From assembly GCA_049724395.1 (NCBI GenBank), contig JAUGWO010000023.1:124001-188000 (forward strand): a stretch of 64,000 bases of DNA, given 5' to 3'. The stretch comes from Spongospora subterranea f. sp. subterranea (Eukaryota). The notes beneath the pieces are model-generated. The model saw nothing but the letters and a program-made list of their open reading frames with translations, made no database searches and was not told where the DNA came from. Position 1 is the first letter of the stretch, and the number at the start of each line of letters is the position of its first letter. This document shows positions 61,523-64,000 of the stretch, in pieces. The position numbers were made by a program, and so were the translations under genes.

Positions 61523-63994
61523 ATGATGAGCGACAATTCTGCAGCAGAACGCAGTGACAAAACTGGAACAATTAGCGAGATTCAGCTACGGAAACAATTA
61601 TCAAGAGAGAGCCATCGACGGTGGTTGTTGCTGCAGCGATTGAACGTGCTTGAAAAACAGAATCTCGACATAAAATCGAAGGCATTGTCAATATGTCAGA
61701 ATATCAAAGATTCGCCATCCGGTACTGCACCGGATAAACTCAAAGTCGACCGTCTTCGTCCAAGATTAACCCAACATAGTTCGAGAATAAGGAGGTCCTC
61801 ATGCAATACTTCGGAAGATTGGAAAGCCATGGCCACCCACTGCTTAGCATTAGCGAAATCCAACGCTAGCATCCGTATCGTTCTATCAAGCATGTTGGAA
61901 GAAAAACAGGTCAAAAATCTAATGCGAACGGTTGCGATGAATCTGAGAACGAAATGCAGGTGATTGATTGTCGGCTACGGCGATTGAGTGAATCCGATTC
62001 CCAACTGTTGGCCAATTACATACGCAAGCTGAGCAGTGGTCGACCTTCTCAGGAAATGCCGATTCACTTACAATTAGCATCAGATCAGATAGTGAGACGG
62101 TTTAGCGCCTCAGGGATTTCACTTGGCCCATGTAGGCTGGTTCAATCCAAACGGGACTTCGACTAAATACTTATTCGCGTTCAGTGAAATGGAGAATCGA
62201 ATCACCTGAGCTAGCGGATCTGATTCGCTCGTCGGAAGCGCTTCAGATGTCTGACGTAATGCGATATATTGAACTGAGCCAATGGCATGATTCCAAGCAG
62301 CATGCCGTGTCGTCAGTTTCTTGCACCGACTCGGATCCAGCAACCATTCGCAATCTAGGGTTTTCTCTCGCGCTAAACTCAAGGCTGGTGTATATCTTTG
62401 ACGAACCGGTACCACTTTTCATGTCGCTGATCATCAGCAAAACAGTGATTCTAGAACGTCGTAGGACTCGAAGAAAAATGTCGGATATGTAGTCGATACC
62501 TCAACTGGAAGAACGCTCATCAAAAGCGCAACAATGAGCAAGCTTATTGAGAAACTCATAGATCCTGTTCGTCCCGTTGATCGCCAGGTTCAGTGGACGC
62601 TGCTCATTACTCATCCGATGGTGATGTCGTCAATCGATATTATACTGGAGCTCCTCGTGCAACGATGCAATATTCCGTATCCGCCCAATATGACCCCAAA
62701 TGAACTGGCGCGATTTAGCAAAACCATTATCGCCCCGATCCAACACAGGTGCTTGACCATTTGGGGTGATTGGCTGGAACAGTTTCCTAGTGACATTATC
62801 GACAACGATGAAGGTCAGTCGCTGTTGTATTGGCTTCTTCAGCTTCCACTGAGATCATGATTGACAGTCGTGTCGATGTTGGAGCAACAGCTGAACGATA
62901 TGGCCGAATCGGGTGAAATTTGGGTGAAAGACCCTGTTAATTCCCTAATCGAACTAATTGCGGAAAAACGTCGAAAAACTGGTCATCAAGAAGGGCCGGT
63001 ACTACCGTTGCCGGAATCGTCGTTAGTTGGACCACTCTCGAACGGAAGATCAGATTGCTGACAATACACATGCATCAGATCTGAAGGAGCCAATCTTGCC
63101 TTTTCTGACATATCAGATGAGACCTTCGTTCAAACTATCTGCTTAGAGGATTATAAAGTGTTTAAAGCGATTACAGCCCGAGAGTTCTTGAGTCAGACCT
63201 GGTCCAAAGGACAAAGCAAAGCTCCGAACATTATGGGAATGATTTCGAGATTCAACAAGATGACGTTCTTCGTGCAGAATCAAATATTGCGTCAAGAGCT
63301 TCTTCCGAAACGAATAACCGTTTTGAAGCGGTTTATTCTTTTAGCGAAAGTGTGTCTCACTATTTGCCATTTTTGAATTCAGTTCCTCGTTAACGTATAC
63401 GTACAGGAATTCCGACTTCGCAAGAATTACAATGCGGTATTTGCGATATACGCCAGTCTCAACGCTAACGCTATCCATCGTCTAAAACATACATGGGAGG
63501 TAACTGCTTAATTAGATCACCCTTGTTTTCTGGAATAATTCTGACCATAACGCAGGGACTGCCAATCAAACATCGATCCTCTTTTGACGATCTAAAGAAA
63601 CTGTTTAGCGTTGTAAACAACTGCAAAGCATTGCGAGCAGAGATGAAAATGGTGGTTCCTCCCTGTATACCTCATTTAGGTTTGTATTTTAAAACACAGT
63701 TTTTCTTGCCGTTCATCCGACATGTTCAAAATAGGATTAACTTTACAAGATTTAACGTTTATCGGGGATGGTAATCCGGATTTCGTCATGCACGGGATGA
63801 TCAACATGCAGAAATTGGCCATGATAGCGGACCGCATTCAATGGGTTCGGGATTGCCAAAAGGTTCCGTACAACACCGAATCGGTACCCAAGACCGACAT
63901 CAGGAAGTTTCTCGATCAGGAGTCGGTTGTTATGGACGAGGAGACATTATGGCAGCTTTCCCAGATGATCGAACCTCGACAAACTAAAACTTGA
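61523..63994 (+). CDS. Ras GEF (REM plus CDC25 domains, multi-exon); start approximate
   Basis: REM 'ATMSKLIEKL...LLITHP...IQHRCLTIWGDWLEQFPSD'; CDC25 'ISRFNKMTFFV', 'NYNAVFAI..SL...IHRLKHTW', 'PPCIPHLG/LTLQDLTFIGDGNPD...INMQK'. Confidence 0.9.
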
Positions 63995-64000
63995 TAGAAG

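Overview
Gene-dense eukaryotic DNA with many short (~45-65 nt) GT-AG introns and very short intergenic gaps. Flagellar/centrosomal genes plus plant/oomycete-like signalling genes suggest a flagellated protist, possibly a plasmodiophorid (inference only). About 23 spliced protein-coding genes are recognisable: MORN/SAM, VPS37, CEP70, AASDH, CFAP210, amidinotransferase, Pumilio, RRP1, SLU7, GOST 7TM, FANCI, MKP1-like phosphatase, TTF2/RAD5-like helicase, F-box/LRR, ATG8, ACBP, NCL and two GEFs, among others. Two accessory loci stand out. (1) A 3131-bp pogo-type DNA transposon at 23133-26263 with both ends intact (28-bp TIRs, TA TSD) carrying an OTU cysteine-protease ORF in front of a DD41D transposase. 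(2) A ~4-kb gene-free island at 46019-50072 bracketed by an inverted duplication of a tightly linked tRNA-Leu(UAA)/tRNA-Lys(UUU) pair. The island is packed with fragments of unrelated mobile elements, including a TA-flanked composite insert that joins a mariner end, two YxDD reverse-transcriptase fragments, about 60 bp of 18S rRNA and a 5'-truncated RLE-type non-LTR retrotransposon. Spliced gene boundaries were read by eye and are approximate where stated. All family assignments come from recalled motifs, not database searches.
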